NCBI GenBank assembly: GCA_965213925.1
Contig: OZ243927.1
Location: 2,880,001-2,944,000, forward strand
DNA from: Trueperaceae bacterium
GTDB lineage: Bacteria > Deinococcota > Deinococci > Deinococcales > Trueperaceae
Direction of reading: 5' to 3'
DNA: 64,000 bases
Every line of letters starts with the position of its first letter. Position 1 is the first letter of the stretch. Below the pieces are notes generated by a model. It worked only from the letters and a program-made list of their open reading frames with translations. It ran no database searches and was not told the origin of the DNA. Of this stretch, positions 48,256 through 59,064 are shown in pieces. The position numbers and the translations under genes were made by a program.

Positions 48256-49538
48256 CCTATCTAACACGCATTCTTCCCCTACTCAGCCTCTTGATTCTTT
48301 CCGTCGCCTCCGCTCAGGAGCGGCGCGGGCAGTTCTTGGTGATTCCTTACGGCTGGGCGTGGTTTTTGCTCGCGTTCGTGATCATCACAGGCGGCATCGG
48401 CGCGGCGGCGTACTTTTACGGACGCGCCACAAGACCCGCCAAAGCAGGGCAATACGCGTGGACGGCGGCGACACACATGTTCATCTGGGTGGCGCTCGTC
48501 CTGGTGCTCTATCCGGTGATCAATTTAGTCGCTGTGTCCTTTAGCCGCAACGACAACCTCCTCAGTGCGCCGCCAGATGAGGGCAACCTCTTGGTGAGGG
48601 CGGGCATCTTGCCCGACCCGTCGACCTTTTCGCTCGCTCAGTACCGCGATGTTCTGGGCGAAACGCACATCCTCTGGTATCAGTGGATTCTGATTGCGAT
48701 TTTCCTCCTCGCGATCATAGGTTTTATCGTGACGTCGCTCGGCAAGCGGGCGGGAAACGCGAAGCGCTTCGAGAGGCTCGAGACACCCCTTGGCTGGACG
48801 CTCTTCCTCTCGGCGGCGGTGCTCATTTTGAGCGTGACGCCCGAGCAGTTTTATAGCGTCACCGAAGGGGGGCAGCGCCAGCCCTCGGCGAGCAGCAAGA
48901 AGGTGGTGCTCTTTATCCGCAATACGCTGCTGGTCTCAGGCATCACCGGGCTTTTCGCGGTTGTGATTAGCACCACGGCGGGCTACGCCTTCGCTCGCAT
49001 GAAGTTCGAGGGGCGCTACCCGACGCTCTTAACCTTTGTATTCGTGCAGATGTTCCCTGCGTTCATGGCGATCGTCGCGCTCTTTTACCTGATGAATTTC
49101 TTGGGACTCTTAAACACCTTTACCGGCTTGATCTTAGCCTATTCAGGCGGCGCAATCGCCTTCTCCGCGTGGATTTTCAAAGGGTATTTGGAATCCATCA
49201 GTCCGAGTTTGGAAGAAGCGGCGATGGTGGACGGGGCGACGCGCTGGGGTGCGTTCTGGCGCATCATCTTACCTTTAAGCGTGCCGATGCTGCTCTTTAT
49301 CTTCTTGTTGCAGTTCATCAATACGTACAGCGAGTTCGTCATCGCGAATATCCTCCTGACCGGAGATGACCGCTGGACCATCGGCATCGGGCTGCGCAGC
49401 TTCAGCACGAACCAGTTCAACACGCAGTGGGGCAGGTTGGCGGCGAGTGCGGTCTTGGGGAGCTTGCCGATCCTCTTTATCTTCTACTCGTTCCAGGAGG
49501 CGTTTACGGGTCAAACGGAGGGGGGGGTGAAGGGATAA
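48252..49538 (+). CDS. malG: Maltose ABC permease
   Basis: AGYAFAR, QMFP, EEAAMVDGA, GGVKG; ATG overlaps the malF stop. Confidence 0.85.
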   Translation: MTYLTRILPLLSLLILSVASAQERRGQFLVIPYGWAWFLLAFVIITGGIGAAAYFYGRATRPAKAGQYAWTAATHMFIWVALVLVLYPVINLVAVSFSRNDNLLSAPPDEGNLLVRAGILPDPSTFSLAQYRDVLGETHILWYQWILIAIFLLAIIGFIVTSLGKRAGNAKRFERLETPLGWTLFLSAAVLILSVTPEQFYSVTEGGQRQPSASSKKVVLFIRNTLLVSGITGLFAVVISTTAGYAFARMKFEGRYPTLLTFVFVQMFPAFMAIVALFYLMNFLGLLNTFTGLILAYSGGAIAFSAWIFKGYLESISPSLEEAAMVDGATRWGAFWRIILPLSVPMLLFIFLLQFINTYSEFVIANILLTGDDRWTIGIGLRSFSTNQFNTQWGRLAASAVLGSLPILFIFYSFQEAFTGQTEGGVKG

Positions 49539-49553
49539 GCAACTCAGCGCTTC

Positions 49554-49597
49554 AGCCGGTCGGCTCATTAGGTTTTTCCCTAATGAGCCGACCGGCT
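49554..49597. terminator. Long hairpin between convergent genes (probable bidirectional terminator)
   Basis: AGCCGGTCGGCTCATTAGG / CCTAATGAGCCGACCGGCT. Confidence 0.7.
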
Positions 49598-49645
49598 AGC
49601 GAGCTGAAATGCTGAAGACGCTTTTAGCACTTTAGCTCTCTATGC

Positions 49646-50842
49646 TCACCGCCTCGGCCCAGCTCCTAGTGGCGTCAGCGGCGCTTCTGCTGGAATCCGC
49701 CCAAGTTCTTTCGGTAAGGAGAGGGTCTCGAGCCTCGGCAAGACCAGCTCCCCAAAACGTTTACACTCGTCCAGACTCGGATAGCCCGAGAGGATAAAGG
49801 CGCGGATGCCCATTCTGTGGTAGCGCCTCAGCTTCTCGGTGATCTGCTCGGGGCTGCCGACAAGCGCCGCGCCGCAACCCGAACGGGCACGCCCGATGCC
49901 CGTCCAGAGGTGCGGCTCGGCGTAGCCTTCGGCGTCGGACTTTTTCCGCGCTTCGCTCTGAAGAGCGACGCCGAGCGTACGGGCGTCCAAAGCGCGGTTT
50001 TTGATCTCGGAGCCTCTGGCGTCGTCGAGTTTAGACACCAACCGCTGCGCCGCTTCACGCGCCGCCTCCTCGGTCTCTCGTACGATGACGTGGACGCGCA
50101 ACCCGTAGTCGAGGGTGCGCCCGTACGCTTCAGCCCTAGCGCTCAAATCCTCCATGTGCCCGCGCAAGTTCTCCTCGGTGTCGGGCCACATGAGGTACAC
50201 GTCGCAGTGTTCGGCGCAGAGGTCTTTGCCAGCCGGGGAGTAGCCGCCGAAGTAGAGGAGCGGTCCGCCTTGCTGGTAAGGCTTAACGGGCTCTGTCGTA
50301 TCCAGCTTGATTTTATAAAAGTCGCCCGAGAAGTCGATCGCGTCTTGCGTCCAGGCTTGCTTCAGGATTTCGATGACCTCTCGAGAGCGAGCGTACCGCG
50401 ACGCCGAGTCCAAGGTTTCGCCGGGCAAATTCGAAGAGATGATGTTGACGGTCAAACGCCCCTGGAGCATGTGGTCGAGCGTCGCGATCGCCCGCGCTAA
50501 CATCGGCGGATGGACCTCGCCGCAGCGGACGGCGGTGAGCAGGTTGATAGCTTGTGTCCTCGGCGCGACGCCCGAGGCGAAGGTCCAGGTGTCCTGCCCG
50601 ACTTGATACGACGACGGGCACAAGATATTGCGGTAGCCGAGCTTGTCAGCCCTTAGGAGGACGTCCGCGCAGTGCGCGAAGGTTGATTTTAGGCGGTCGT
50701 CGGGCACGCCCAAAAACTCGTAGTCGTCGTCGCATAGGGGGGCGAACCAGGCGACTTCCGCGCCCGTGAGATGCTCGGAGCGGACGTTGACGCGAGGCGG
50801 TTTGGCGTCTTGGGCCGTGACCTCTTGTTTAGATGCCAACAT
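49646..50842 (-). CDS. Luciferase-like (LLM) flavin monooxygenase, SsuD-like
   Basis: [39 protein letters not shown] coupling to the upstream gene. Confidence 0.88.
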   Translation of the reverse strand: MLASKQEVTAQDAKPPRVNVRSEHLTGAEVAWFAPLCDDDYEFLGVPDDRLKSTFAHCADVLLRADKLGYRNILCPSSYQVGQDTWTFASGVAPRTQAINLLTAVRCGEVHPPMLARAIATLDHMLQGRLTVNIISSNLPGETLDSASRYARSREVIEILKQAWTQDAIDFSGDFYKIKLDTTEPVKPYQQGGPLLYFGGYSPAGKDLCAEHCDVYLMWPDTEENLRGHMEDLSARAEAYGRTLDYGLRVHVIVRETEEAAREAAQRLVSKLDDARGSEIKNRALDARTLGVALQSEARKKSDAEGYAEPHLWTGIGRARSGCGAALVGSPEQITEKLRRYHRMGIRAFILSGYPSLDECKRFGELVLPRLETLSLPKELGRIPAEAPLTPLGAGPRR

Positions 50843-51816
50843 CAGGGAACGCTCTCCCCTCGCGCCGCTTCTAACAGGCGGTACCACTCTCTGCGCGTGA
50901 GTTCGACCTCATCAGCTTGAGCGCAACTTTCCAAGCGTGAAGTCTTCTCGGTGCCTAAAATTGGCTGGATACCCATCGGATGACGCAAAAGCCACGAGAG
51001 CGCGATAGCCTCTTTGCTCGTTTCCTTTTCTCCAGCGAGTTTGGCGATGAGGTCCGCTGTGTCACGCTCGTTCTGCGGCGCGTCGTCGGAGGGCTTGAAG
51101 AGCCGCCCGCCCGCGACGGGCGACCAGGCTTGAATCATGACGCCCTTCAAGCGGCAATACTCCAGAGTTCCGTCCGTGTGGGCAAAAGGCGCGTCCGTGC
51201 GGTTGACTAAGATACCGTTGCTGATGAGATAAGGGTGCAGGAGGCTCAGCTCGAGCTGATTGACCACCAGCGGATAGTCAATGTGATTTTGGAGCAGTTC
51301 GAGCTGCGCCGCGCTGTGGTTGCTCACCCCGAAGTAGCGCACCATGCCCTCTTTATGCAGGTGCTCCGCCGCCCGCGCCACCTCCTCTAAATCGACGAGC
51401 GGGTCGGGGCGGTGAAAGGCTAAGAGGTCGACGTAATCGGTGCCCAAACGCTGCAAACTCGTCTCCACCGCCTGAACGAGATGGTCGGACGAGAAGTCGT
51501 AGCGCGAGGGCTGCCCGAAGTCGGGGTCGTCACCGATGACGATACCCGCTTTGGCTTGTAGGACGAGCTTGTCGCGCAGGTCGGGGTTTTGTTTGAGGGC
51601 GTAGCCGACCACCTCGTCAGACTTGCCGAGCGTATAGATATCGGCTAAGTCGACGTGGTTGATGCCGAGTTCGTACGCCTTGACGATAAGGTCGTTTGCC
51701 CTCGTCCTTATCTCGTCCGTAGGCGGCGTCTTGTCCCAGGTGCCGCCTAAATGCCAGGTGCCGTAAGCGAGGCGACTGACCTTTAAGTCGGTGTGGGGGA
51801 TGACGTACTGCTTCAT
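50842..51816 (-). CDS. Aldo/keto reductase (YdhF-like)
   Basis: DLADIY, HRPDPL, GVSNH, QAWSP. Confidence 0.92.
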   Translation of the reverse strand: MKQYVIPHTDLKVSRLAYGTWHLGGTWDKTPPTDEIRTRANDLIVKAYELGINHVDLADIYTLGKSDEVVGYALKQNPDLRDKLVLQAKAGIVIGDDPDFGQPSRYDFSSDHLVQAVETSLQRLGTDYVDLLAFHRPDPLVDLEEVARAAEHLHKEGMVRYFGVSNHSAAQLELLQNHIDYPLVVNQLELSLLHPYLISNGILVNRTDAPFAHTDGTLEYCRLKGVMIQAWSPVAGGRLFKPSDDAPQNERDTADLIAKLAGEKETSKEAIALSWLLRHPMGIQPILGTEKTSRLESCAQADEVELTRREWYRLLEAARGESVP

Positions 51817-52291
51817 AGCGTTCCTTCCTATGCTGGGCTTTTGCTAAGTGTGCGGCACCCCGCTACCCCTTTAACGGCTTCCGCCGCAGAACGTAAAACT
51901 GCAACGTGCGAAGGTACCCGCACCCGCAACCCTGTCATATAACTCGCTATTATGGCGAATTTTTGTACAGGGATGGTGGGGAACCTTAACGTAAGGGTAC
52001 ATCTCGAGCCTAAACGCCCTAAATATGATAGGGGAAACGCACTAAACTGGACCACCTAGGTCAAGCGACTCGAGGAGAAGCGTTGCTTTTTGAAACATTC
52101 TCGAAGGAGTGTTTGCGAAAGAGGTTGAAAGCGTTTCAACCTCTTTTGTTTTGAGCGAAGGAGTCCTCAACCGGGTGTTGCTTCGCAATATTTCGTACAA
52201 TGATGCCGTTATAGACACCCGTTGCACCCATGAGAGGATGCGACCTCCTGCTTGGACGTTGAGGCTGGTAGAGGAATGCCCTAAAACGGTG

Positions 52292-54222
52292 CTACTTGGC
52301 TAGCTCGAGCCCATGTCCCTCAGCTAAAAACCCTTCCGCCTCTTCCTTGTCCATCGGCTTGGAGAAGAAGTAGCCTTGCACGAAGTCGCACTCCAACCCC
52401 TTGAGCTGCGCTAGCTGCGCCGCCGTCTCGACCCCTTCAGCGACGACGTGCATCCCTAGAGCACGCGCCATCGAAAGGATGGTGCTCACCAGCTCTGCGC
52501 CCCCGCTGCTGTCCATCTTTTGAACGAACGAGCGGTCGATCTTGAGCGTATCGGCGGGCAAGTCCTGCAGGTACGACAGGGACGAGTAGCCCGTACCGAA
52601 GTCGTCGATATGGAGTTTTACGCCCAAAGCGCGAAGTTCTTCTAAGGAGGCTTTCGCGGCTGGGCTGCGGTTCATCATGACGCCCTCGGTGATCTCCAAC
52701 TTGAGGTGCTCAGCGCGGAGCCCCGTCTCCTCTAAAACGGAGGCGACGTATGCTACGAGGTCCTCTTGCGCGAACTGCTGTGACGAGAGGTTGACGCTCA
52801 GGGTGAGCGGGCGCTGCGACGGGTAGAGAAGCTGCCACTGCACGACTTGTCTGCACGCTTCGCGCATGACGTAGCGGTCGATGGCGATGATCAGCTCGGA
52901 CTCTTCAGCCACGGGGATGAACTCGGCGGGCGAGATGAGACCGTACTCGGGGTGATGCCAACGCACTAACGCTTCAAAGCCGCTAAGCGAGCCTCTCTGC
53001 GCCGAAACGATCGGCTGATAGTTGACCTGAAGCTCGCAGCACGCCACCGCGAAGCGCAGGTCGGCTTCTAAGGTCATGAGCATAAGCGCCCTTTCGCGCA
53101 TCTCGGCGTCGAACAGGGCGTAACGCGCCTTGCCGAGCGATTTAGCACGGTTTAGAGCGATGTCCGCGTCACGCATGATCTCGTCGACATGGGTATAGCG
53201 CTGCGCCGAGTTCGCGGAGCCCTGCGAAGCGACGACGCCGATGCTCGCGGAGGTATACACCTCATGCTCGCCGAGTTGGATAGGCGTGAGAAGTTCGCGC
53301 TGGATGCGTTCGGCAACCGCCACCGCCTCGTCAACGCTGCCGACGTCCTCTAAGAGAACCGCGAATTCGTCGCCGCCTAACCTCGCGACGGTGTCCGCGG
53401 GACGAATCCAGGTGCTCAGGTTCGCCGCGATCTCCTTGAGGAGCGCGTCCCCTACCGTATGTCCCAAGCTGTCGTTGATGATTTGAAGCGGTCGAAGTCC
53501 AGAGAGAGCACCGCGAAGTGGTGGTCGGGGTTGCGCCGTTCACGCTCTAAAGCGTGCGTCAAACGGTCGTTGAAAAGGGCCCGGTTCGCAATACCCGTGA
53601 GGCTGTCGTGGAAGGCGTCGTGCAGGAGCCTCTCGTTAGCTAGGGCGAGTTCGGCGGTGCGCTCTAAGACGCGCTGCTCCAACTTCTGATTCGCTTCCGC
53701 TAACGCCTCGTTCGCCCTTTCCAGCGCCTCCTCCGCCTCGACACGCGCCGTGATATCTTGCTGCACGCCGATGAAGTGGGTGAGTTCTCCCTCGCCGCTG
53801 TAGACGGGCGAAATGATGAGTTCATTCCAGAAAGCCGCGCCATCTTTGCGGTAGTTCTTGAGCACGACCTTGCAGTGCTCGCCGTAGTGGATGGCGTCGC
53901 GGACGCGCTGTACCGCAGCCGGGTCGGTCTCTGGTCCCTGTAAGAAGCGGCAGCTTCTGCCGAGCACCTCATAGGGCTGATAGCCCGTGATGGCGGTGAA
54001 CGCCTCGTTGCAGTAGATGAGCGGACGCTCGCTACGGCTGGCGTCGGCGATCGTGACGCCGCTGCTCGTCGCAGCTAAAGCGCGCTCTTGCACGCGCATG
54101 ATGTCCTCCAGCCAGTTCGCTTTCTCGGTCAAACTCAGGTCCAGGTCGCAGTGCCATAAGGACTCGAGCGCCGCACGCCCGCTACGCACCATCTCAGCTT
54201 CAACGTTTTCACCCGTCGTCAT
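52292..54222 (-). pseudogene. LOV(PAS)-GGDEF-EAL protein split by a 1-bp frameshift at ~53482
   Basis: GRSCRFLQG LOV motif; DFDRFK in one frame continues as INDSLGH in another; GGDEF, EAL and DDFGTGYSS intact. Confidence 0.85.
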
Positions 54223-54275
54223 GACATCACCTTAAAGTGTACCCTCTTACGAAATTCTTACCGACGCTTAGAAAA

Positions 54276-54332
54276 AACTAAATCACTAGATTTATAGTTG
54301 ACAATGAGTAACACTACCGCTATGCTAAGCGT
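54276..54332 (+). promoter_or_regulatory. Leaderless promoter of arsR with an overlapping palindromic operator
   Basis: AACTAAATCACTAGATTTATAGTT (54276-54299); TTGACA 54298 - 17 nt - TATGCT 54321 - 6 nt - GTG. Confidence 0.7.
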
Positions 54333-54647
54333 GTGGAAGACGTTCGCGCCGCCGCCGCATTAGACGCCCTCGGCAACCCGGTACGCCTCGAGCTTTACCG
54401 CGTTTTGGTCCGCGCGGGCACGCCTGGGCTCAACATCAGCGAGTTGCAGCGTAAGGTGGGCGGCGTCCCTCGCTCGACGCTCGCGCATCACCTGCAAAAG
54501 CTCTCCCTAGCGGGGCTTATCCAGCAAGAGAAGGACGGCGCAAGCGTGCTGAGCCGCGCCAACTACGCTGCGATGAGTGCGCTGGTCAGTTACCTCACCG
54601 AAGAATGTTGCGTCGACGAATGCCGTACACAAGAGGAGGCGGCCTGA
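54333..54647 (+). CDS. ArsR/SmtB regulator with C-terminal CC..C
   Basis: ALGNPVRLELYRVL, STLAHHL, LTEECCVDEC. Confidence 0.9.
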   Translation: MEDVRAAAALDALGNPVRLELYRVLVRAGTPGLNISELQRKVGGVPRSTLAHHLQKLSLAGLIQQEKDGASVLSRANYAAMSALVSYLTEECCVDECRTQEEAA

Positions 54648-54708
54648 CCTTGCTATTTTTTTGACCGTAAACAACTAATAACTTAGTTATTTAGTTAAGG
54701 AGAACAGC

Positions 54709-55257
54709 ATGAACACTCGAGACTTCCTAGATACCCTAGCCCCCCACGAAGAGCACACACTCACCTTCGACTTAGGTCATGGACGCATCCACCCCGGTTA
54801 TCACGTTACGGAGATCAAGGCGGTGAGCGTTCAGGGGATGGACTGCGGTGGACAGGGCGACGCTTGGTCTGAAACGGTCGTGCAACTCTGGACGCCTGGT
54901 GGGTCCACCGAGGAAAACACTAAGGGAAATATGCACGTCAGTAAATTTTTGAGTATCTATCACCGTGTAGCGTCGCAGATTCCGGTTGCGGGAGAGGCGG
55001 AGGTGAGGCTCGAGTATGGGGACAACGGCGAACCTGCTATCAGCTACTTCGTGAGCGAGGTTCAGGTCGAAGGTCGAGAGGTCGTGGTGAGGTTGGAGCC
55101 GCCTTTCGTGGTCTGTAAAGAGCTGGAACGGTGCGGCGGTGACTTTTGCAATCAGTCCGCCAATCTAAACAACCTCTCCGTCATCAGCCCGGCGTCCGAA
55201 TGCTGCACGCCCGCGCCAGCACAGAACTCGGCAGAACAGACCACGTGCTGTGACTAG
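54709..55257 (+). CDS. DUF6428-like protein with a Cys-rich tail
   Basis: GYHVTEIK..MDCGG..WSETVVQLW; ends ECC...TCCD. Confidence 0.75.
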   Translation: MNTRDFLDTLAPHEEHTLTFDLGHGRIHPGYHVTEIKAVSVQGMDCGGQGDAWSETVVQLWTPGGSTEENTKGNMHVSKFLSIYHRVASQIPVAGEAEVRLEYGDNGEPAISYFVSEVQVEGREVVVRLEPPFVVCKELERCGGDFCNQSANLNNLSVISPASECCTPAPAQNSAEQTTCCD

Positions 55258-56359
55258 CTCCACCATCAAGTCCGAGGGCAAACCTATGCGCGTCGGTCTC
55301 TTCATGCAGCCCGTCCACCACCCGAGTGAGAACCCGACTCTCGCTCTCGAGCGGGACTTACAGCTCATCCAACACTTGGACACCCTCGGCTACGACGAGG
55401 CGTGGATAGGCGAGCACCACTCGACGGGTTGGGAGACTATAGCCTCGCCCGATATTTTCATCATGGCGGCGGCGGCGCGTACCCGCTACATCAAATTGGG
55501 CAGCGGCGTCGTGCCGCTCTCCTTACATCACCCGCTGCTCGTCGCGGACAACTACGTCCTTTTAGACCACCTGACGCGGGGTCGCGTGATGCTGGGGATG
55601 GGACCGGGCGGCGGCTTGCCGAGTGACCCACACGTGTTCGGATTAGATACGGAGACGCAGGGGCGTCGCTACACCGCAACGCTCGACGCCGTGGTGCAGC
55701 TTCTCACCACGACCGAGCCGCTGAGTTTGGAGACCGAGTGGTTCACCTTGCGTGACGCTGTGCTGCAACTCAGACCTTACACACGTCCGCACATGCCCTT
55801 AGCGCTCGTCACCGGAACGAACCGAGACACCTTAGAGCGCATCGGGCGCTACGGTACGCGCTGGTTCGTCGGGACGAGCCCGGACACCTTCGACGAGGCC
55901 TGGCGCGTCGTCGAGCGCAGCGCGCGTGAGGTCGGGCGCGAGGCAGAGCGTCATGACGCTTATCTCCCGGTGACGATGCACTTAGCCGAAACTAAGGAAC
56001 GAGCTTTAGACGACATCCGCGAGGGTGCCGCGCGGGAGCGTTACGACTTCTCCGCGCCCGTGACGGGCTCTCCCCTTCCCGATGTGCCGCGTGAGGCGTG
56101 GGCTGAGCATCTCGCTGAGAGACCGACGAGCCTCATCGGAACGCCTGAAGACGCTCTGGCGAAGATTCGCGCGCTGCGGGAGAAAACGGGTGCGGGCGGG
56201 CTGCTCATCACGAGCAAGGAGTGGGCGTCACGCGAGGCAACTTGGGGGAGCTACGAGCGTTTCGCCCGTTACGTGATGCCCGAACTCAAAGGCTCATTGG
56301 AAGGTCTAAAGAAGGCTGAAGCGGTGGCTAAACGGTTTGTGCAGCAGGAGGCTGTCTAG
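55250..56359 (+). CDS. Luciferase-like (LLM) flavin-dependent oxidoreductase
   Basis: EAWIGEHHS, HHPLLVA, LDHLTRGR, IGTPED. Confidence 0.9.
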   Translation: MTSSTIKSEGKPMRVGLFMQPVHHPSENPTLALERDLQLIQHLDTLGYDEAWIGEHHSTGWETIASPDIFIMAAAARTRYIKLGSGVVPLSLHHPLLVADNYVLLDHLTRGRVMLGMGPGGGLPSDPHVFGLDTETQGRRYTATLDAVVQLLTTTEPLSLETEWFTLRDAVLQLRPYTRPHMPLALVTGTNRDTLERIGRYGTRWFVGTSPDTFDEAWRVVERSAREVGREAERHDAYLPVTMHLAETKERALDDIREGAARERYDFSAPVTGSPLPDVPREAWAEHLAERPTSLIGTPEDALAKIRALREKTGAGGLLITSKEWASREATWGSYERFARYVMPELKGSLEGLKKAEAVAKRFVQQEAV

Positions 56360-56363
56360 GTCC

Positions 56364-57563
56364 GTGACGCGCGGCTGGCGTATCGCCTGGGCGCTAGCCG
56401 TGACGCAGACGGTAGGCTACGGCGTCCTTTACTACACCTTTAGCGTGATGATTGCGCCGATGGAGCGCGACCTCGGCTGGTCGCGGGGCGCACTCTCGGG
56501 CGCGTTTTCCCTGGCGCTGCTCCTCTCCGGTCTCGTGGCGGTGCCGGTAGGACGCTGGGTGGATAGGCGCGGCGCGCGGGGAGTGATGACGGTGGGCAGC
56601 GGGCTCGGCGCGCTGCTCTTACTCGCTTGGTCGTTTGTGGATGACCTCGCCGCGTTCTACCTCGTCCAGGCGGGCATCGGGCTGGTGATGGCGGCGGTGC
56701 TTTATGAAGTCGCCTTTACCGTCGTCGCGGCGTGGTTTCAGCGTGAGCGTGCAGACCGGGCGAAAGCCATGCTCCTGATCACGATGATGGCAGGGCTGGC
56801 GAGTACGATCTTCGTTCCGCTCGCCACCTTTTTGGTCGAGGTGATGACCTGGCGCGAGGCGCTTAGGGTGCTGTCGCTCGTCCTGGCAATCGTGACGGTC
56901 CCGCTGCACGCGCTCGCGCTGCGGCGTCCGCGAGCGTTCAGTGGGGACTCGAGCACCTCGAACACACGCCGACGAGACGTAAGCCCCGCCGAAGCCCTGC
57001 GCGCCCCGACGTTCTGGTGGCTCACCTGCGCCTTTGCGCTCGACCGCGCCGCGATCGTGACGATCGCCGCCCACGGCGTTCCCCTCTTGCTCGGCCGCGG
57101 CTACCCGCCCTCGCTCGTCGCGGCGGCAGTGGGGTCGGTCGGGCTCATGCAGGTTCTCGGGCGATTTCTATTCACGCCGCTCACGTCGCACGTTTCCCTC
57201 CGCACCTTGAGCGCTTTCACCTTCTGCCTCCACGCGCTGGCGCTCACCTCTTTGCTCATTCTGTCAGCGACCTGGAGCGTCTGGCTCTTCGCGGCGCTTT
57301 TCGGAATGGCAAACGGCGCGAGCACGTTAGCCCGCGCCGCCCTCATCGCAGAGGTTTACGGCGCGACCCATTACGGCAGCATCAGCGGCAGCATGGCGAC
57401 GGTGATTGCAGTTGCGCAGACCGCCGCGCCCTTGGGTGCAGGCGTGCTCTTTGACCTTATGGGAGACTACAGGGTGGTCCTTTGGGGACTCACGGGCAGC
57501 ACGCTCGTTGCGGCGATGGCGGTGACGCGGGCTCGAGTCGTAATACCAGCCTACGCCGACTAA
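56364..57563 (+). CDS. MFS transporter
   Basis: About 12 TM helices, GRWVDRRGAR motif A, GLASTIFVPL. Confidence 0.9.
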   Translation: MTRGWRIAWALAVTQTVGYGVLYYTFSVMIAPMERDLGWSRGALSGAFSLALLLSGLVAVPVGRWVDRRGARGVMTVGSGLGALLLLAWSFVDDLAAFYLVQAGIGLVMAAVLYEVAFTVVAAWFQRERADRAKAMLLITMMAGLASTIFVPLATFLVEVMTWREALRVLSLVLAIVTVPLHALALRRPRAFSGDSSTSNTRRRDVSPAEALRAPTFWWLTCAFALDRAAIVTIAAHGVPLLLGRGYPPSLVAAAVGSVGLMQVLGRFLFTPLTSHVSLRTLSAFTFCLHALALTSLLILSATWSVWLFAALFGMANGASTLARAALIAEVYGATHYGSISGSMATVIAVAQTAAPLGAGVLFDLMGDYRVVLWGLTGSTLVAAMAVTRARVVIPAYAD

Positions 57564-57608
57564 ACGCTATTCTCGCGTCCCTATGCTCGAGCCCCTACTC
57601 CCGCGCCC

Positions 57609-58763
57609 CTATTCCCTTGCCATCGCCACCGCCACCGGAATCCGCGCCGCCCGCGCCGCCGGCAAGAGCCCCGAGCCCAGCCCCATCACGAGCGCGATCG
57701 CCACCGCGAAGAGCACCAAGCGCAGCGTCAGCGCGGCGACCTCTAAGCCGATGAGGTCATCCGTGATACGGTTGATCGCCAAAATCCCGAGTCGCCCGAG
57801 CAGCACACCGAACGCCGCCCCGACGAAGCTCAGCAGCGTCGATTCGGCGAGGACCAGTCCGAACAGAAAGCGCGGCTTCGCGCCCAACGCCCGCACCACG
57901 CCGAACTCCCGCGTGCGCTCGAAGACGCTCATGAGTACGGTGTTCGCCACCGCGATCGCCCCGACGATAAGCGCAATCGCGCTGATGCCGAGCCGCACCA
58001 CGTCGCTTATCTGGATACCTTTTTCGATCACGCCTAAGACCTCTCCCCTGGTTTGAAAACCCAGCTCGGGATACGCGGCGGAGAGGTCTTGGGCAACCTC
58101 TTCCGCGCGAGCGGGCTCCGCCAAGTCGAGCGCGAAGAAGGTGACGCGGTCGGGGATGCCGATAGCGTTTTGGAGAAGCCCTAAAGGAACGAGGATGGCG
58201 TTGTCAATCAGCCCGCCCCCCGAGCGGGCGATGCCCACAATCTGAAACGTATTCTCGGGGTTGAGACGTAAGGTATCGCCGATGCTCAGCTCGTTGCGCT
58301 CCGCGGTCTGCGTACCTACGATAGCAACTTTGGCGTCGCCGTCATCCGCTGTGAGTCCGCGCCCCTCTACTATCTCGTAATCGTAGTAGATCGCGCCCAC
58401 GTCCGTCCCCGGCGGCAACCCTTGAAAGAGAAAGGAACTGCTGAGGCTAAAACCGCCCCTCGCGTAGAGAAGTAAGGGCGTGAGGTCGGTGATGCCATAG
58501 GTAGGGGCGTCTGCGCGAAGTTCGTCGGCGTAGCGAAGTGGGAGTTCGGGGACAGCCGTTAAAGAGGTCGCGTCGAAAGGACCGAAACTCACCTGCAAAT
58601 CAGGACCGATGTTGCCGATCTCTGTTGTAAAGACCTGCCGCAACCCCTCCCCGAGCGAGAGGAAAATAACGGTTGAGCCTACCGCGACGGCGATGCCTAG
58701 CGCGGTTAAAAAGGTGCGCAAAGGGCGAAGGCGGAGCGAGTTGAGGGCGAGCGACCAGATCAT
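57609..58763 (-). CDS. MacB/FtsX-like ABC permease
   Basis: RTFLTALGIAVAV, SVFERTREFGVVRALGA, PAARAAR. Confidence 0.9.
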   Translation of the reverse strand: MIWSLALNSLRLRPLRTFLTALGIAVAVGSTVIFLSLGEGLRQVFTTEIGNIGPDLQVSFGPFDATSLTAVPELPLRYADELRADAPTYGITDLTPLLLYARGGFSLSSSFLFQGLPPGTDVGAIYYDYEIVEGRGLTADDGDAKVAIVGTQTAERNELSIGDTLRLNPENTFQIVGIARSGGGLIDNAILVPLGLLQNAIGIPDRVTFFALDLAEPARAEEVAQDLSAAYPELGFQTRGEVLGVIEKGIQISDVVRLGISAIALIVGAIAVANTVLMSVFERTREFGVVRALGAKPRFLFGLVLAESTLLSFVGAAFGVLLGRLGILAINRITDDLIGLEVAALTLRLVLFAVAIALVMGLGSGLLPAARAARIPVAVAMARE

Positions 58764-58837
58764 GAAAGGATCACACGTTAGTCTATGGCCTCACCTCTTG
58801 ATCTTTGAGATTCGGCGTTACGGTTATAGAGAGCACT

Positions 58838-58989
58838 TCAGCTCGTCAGCACGTTAGCTAGTAAGGGAAACCTAAAAACCTGAAATCTAGTCGAGCTGGT
58901 TATATAATCCAGTCAAGCTGGTGTACGTCAGTCCTCACGTAGTGAACGAACGGTCTCGCGTAGCGAACGAACGGTGCTGACTAGCTGAC
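58838..58989. repeat. MITE-like element with TCAGCTAGTCAGC inverted ends containing nested micro-elements
   Basis: TCAGCTCGTCAGCAC ... GTGCTGACTAGCTGA; same end family as 62403-62531. Confidence 0.6.
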
Positions 58990-59064
58990 ACAGGTTAGAG
59001 CGAAGCTCAAAGGTCGTTCATCCCCGAAAGGGGGCTCTTAGCCTTCACCTATGCTGAAATGCTT

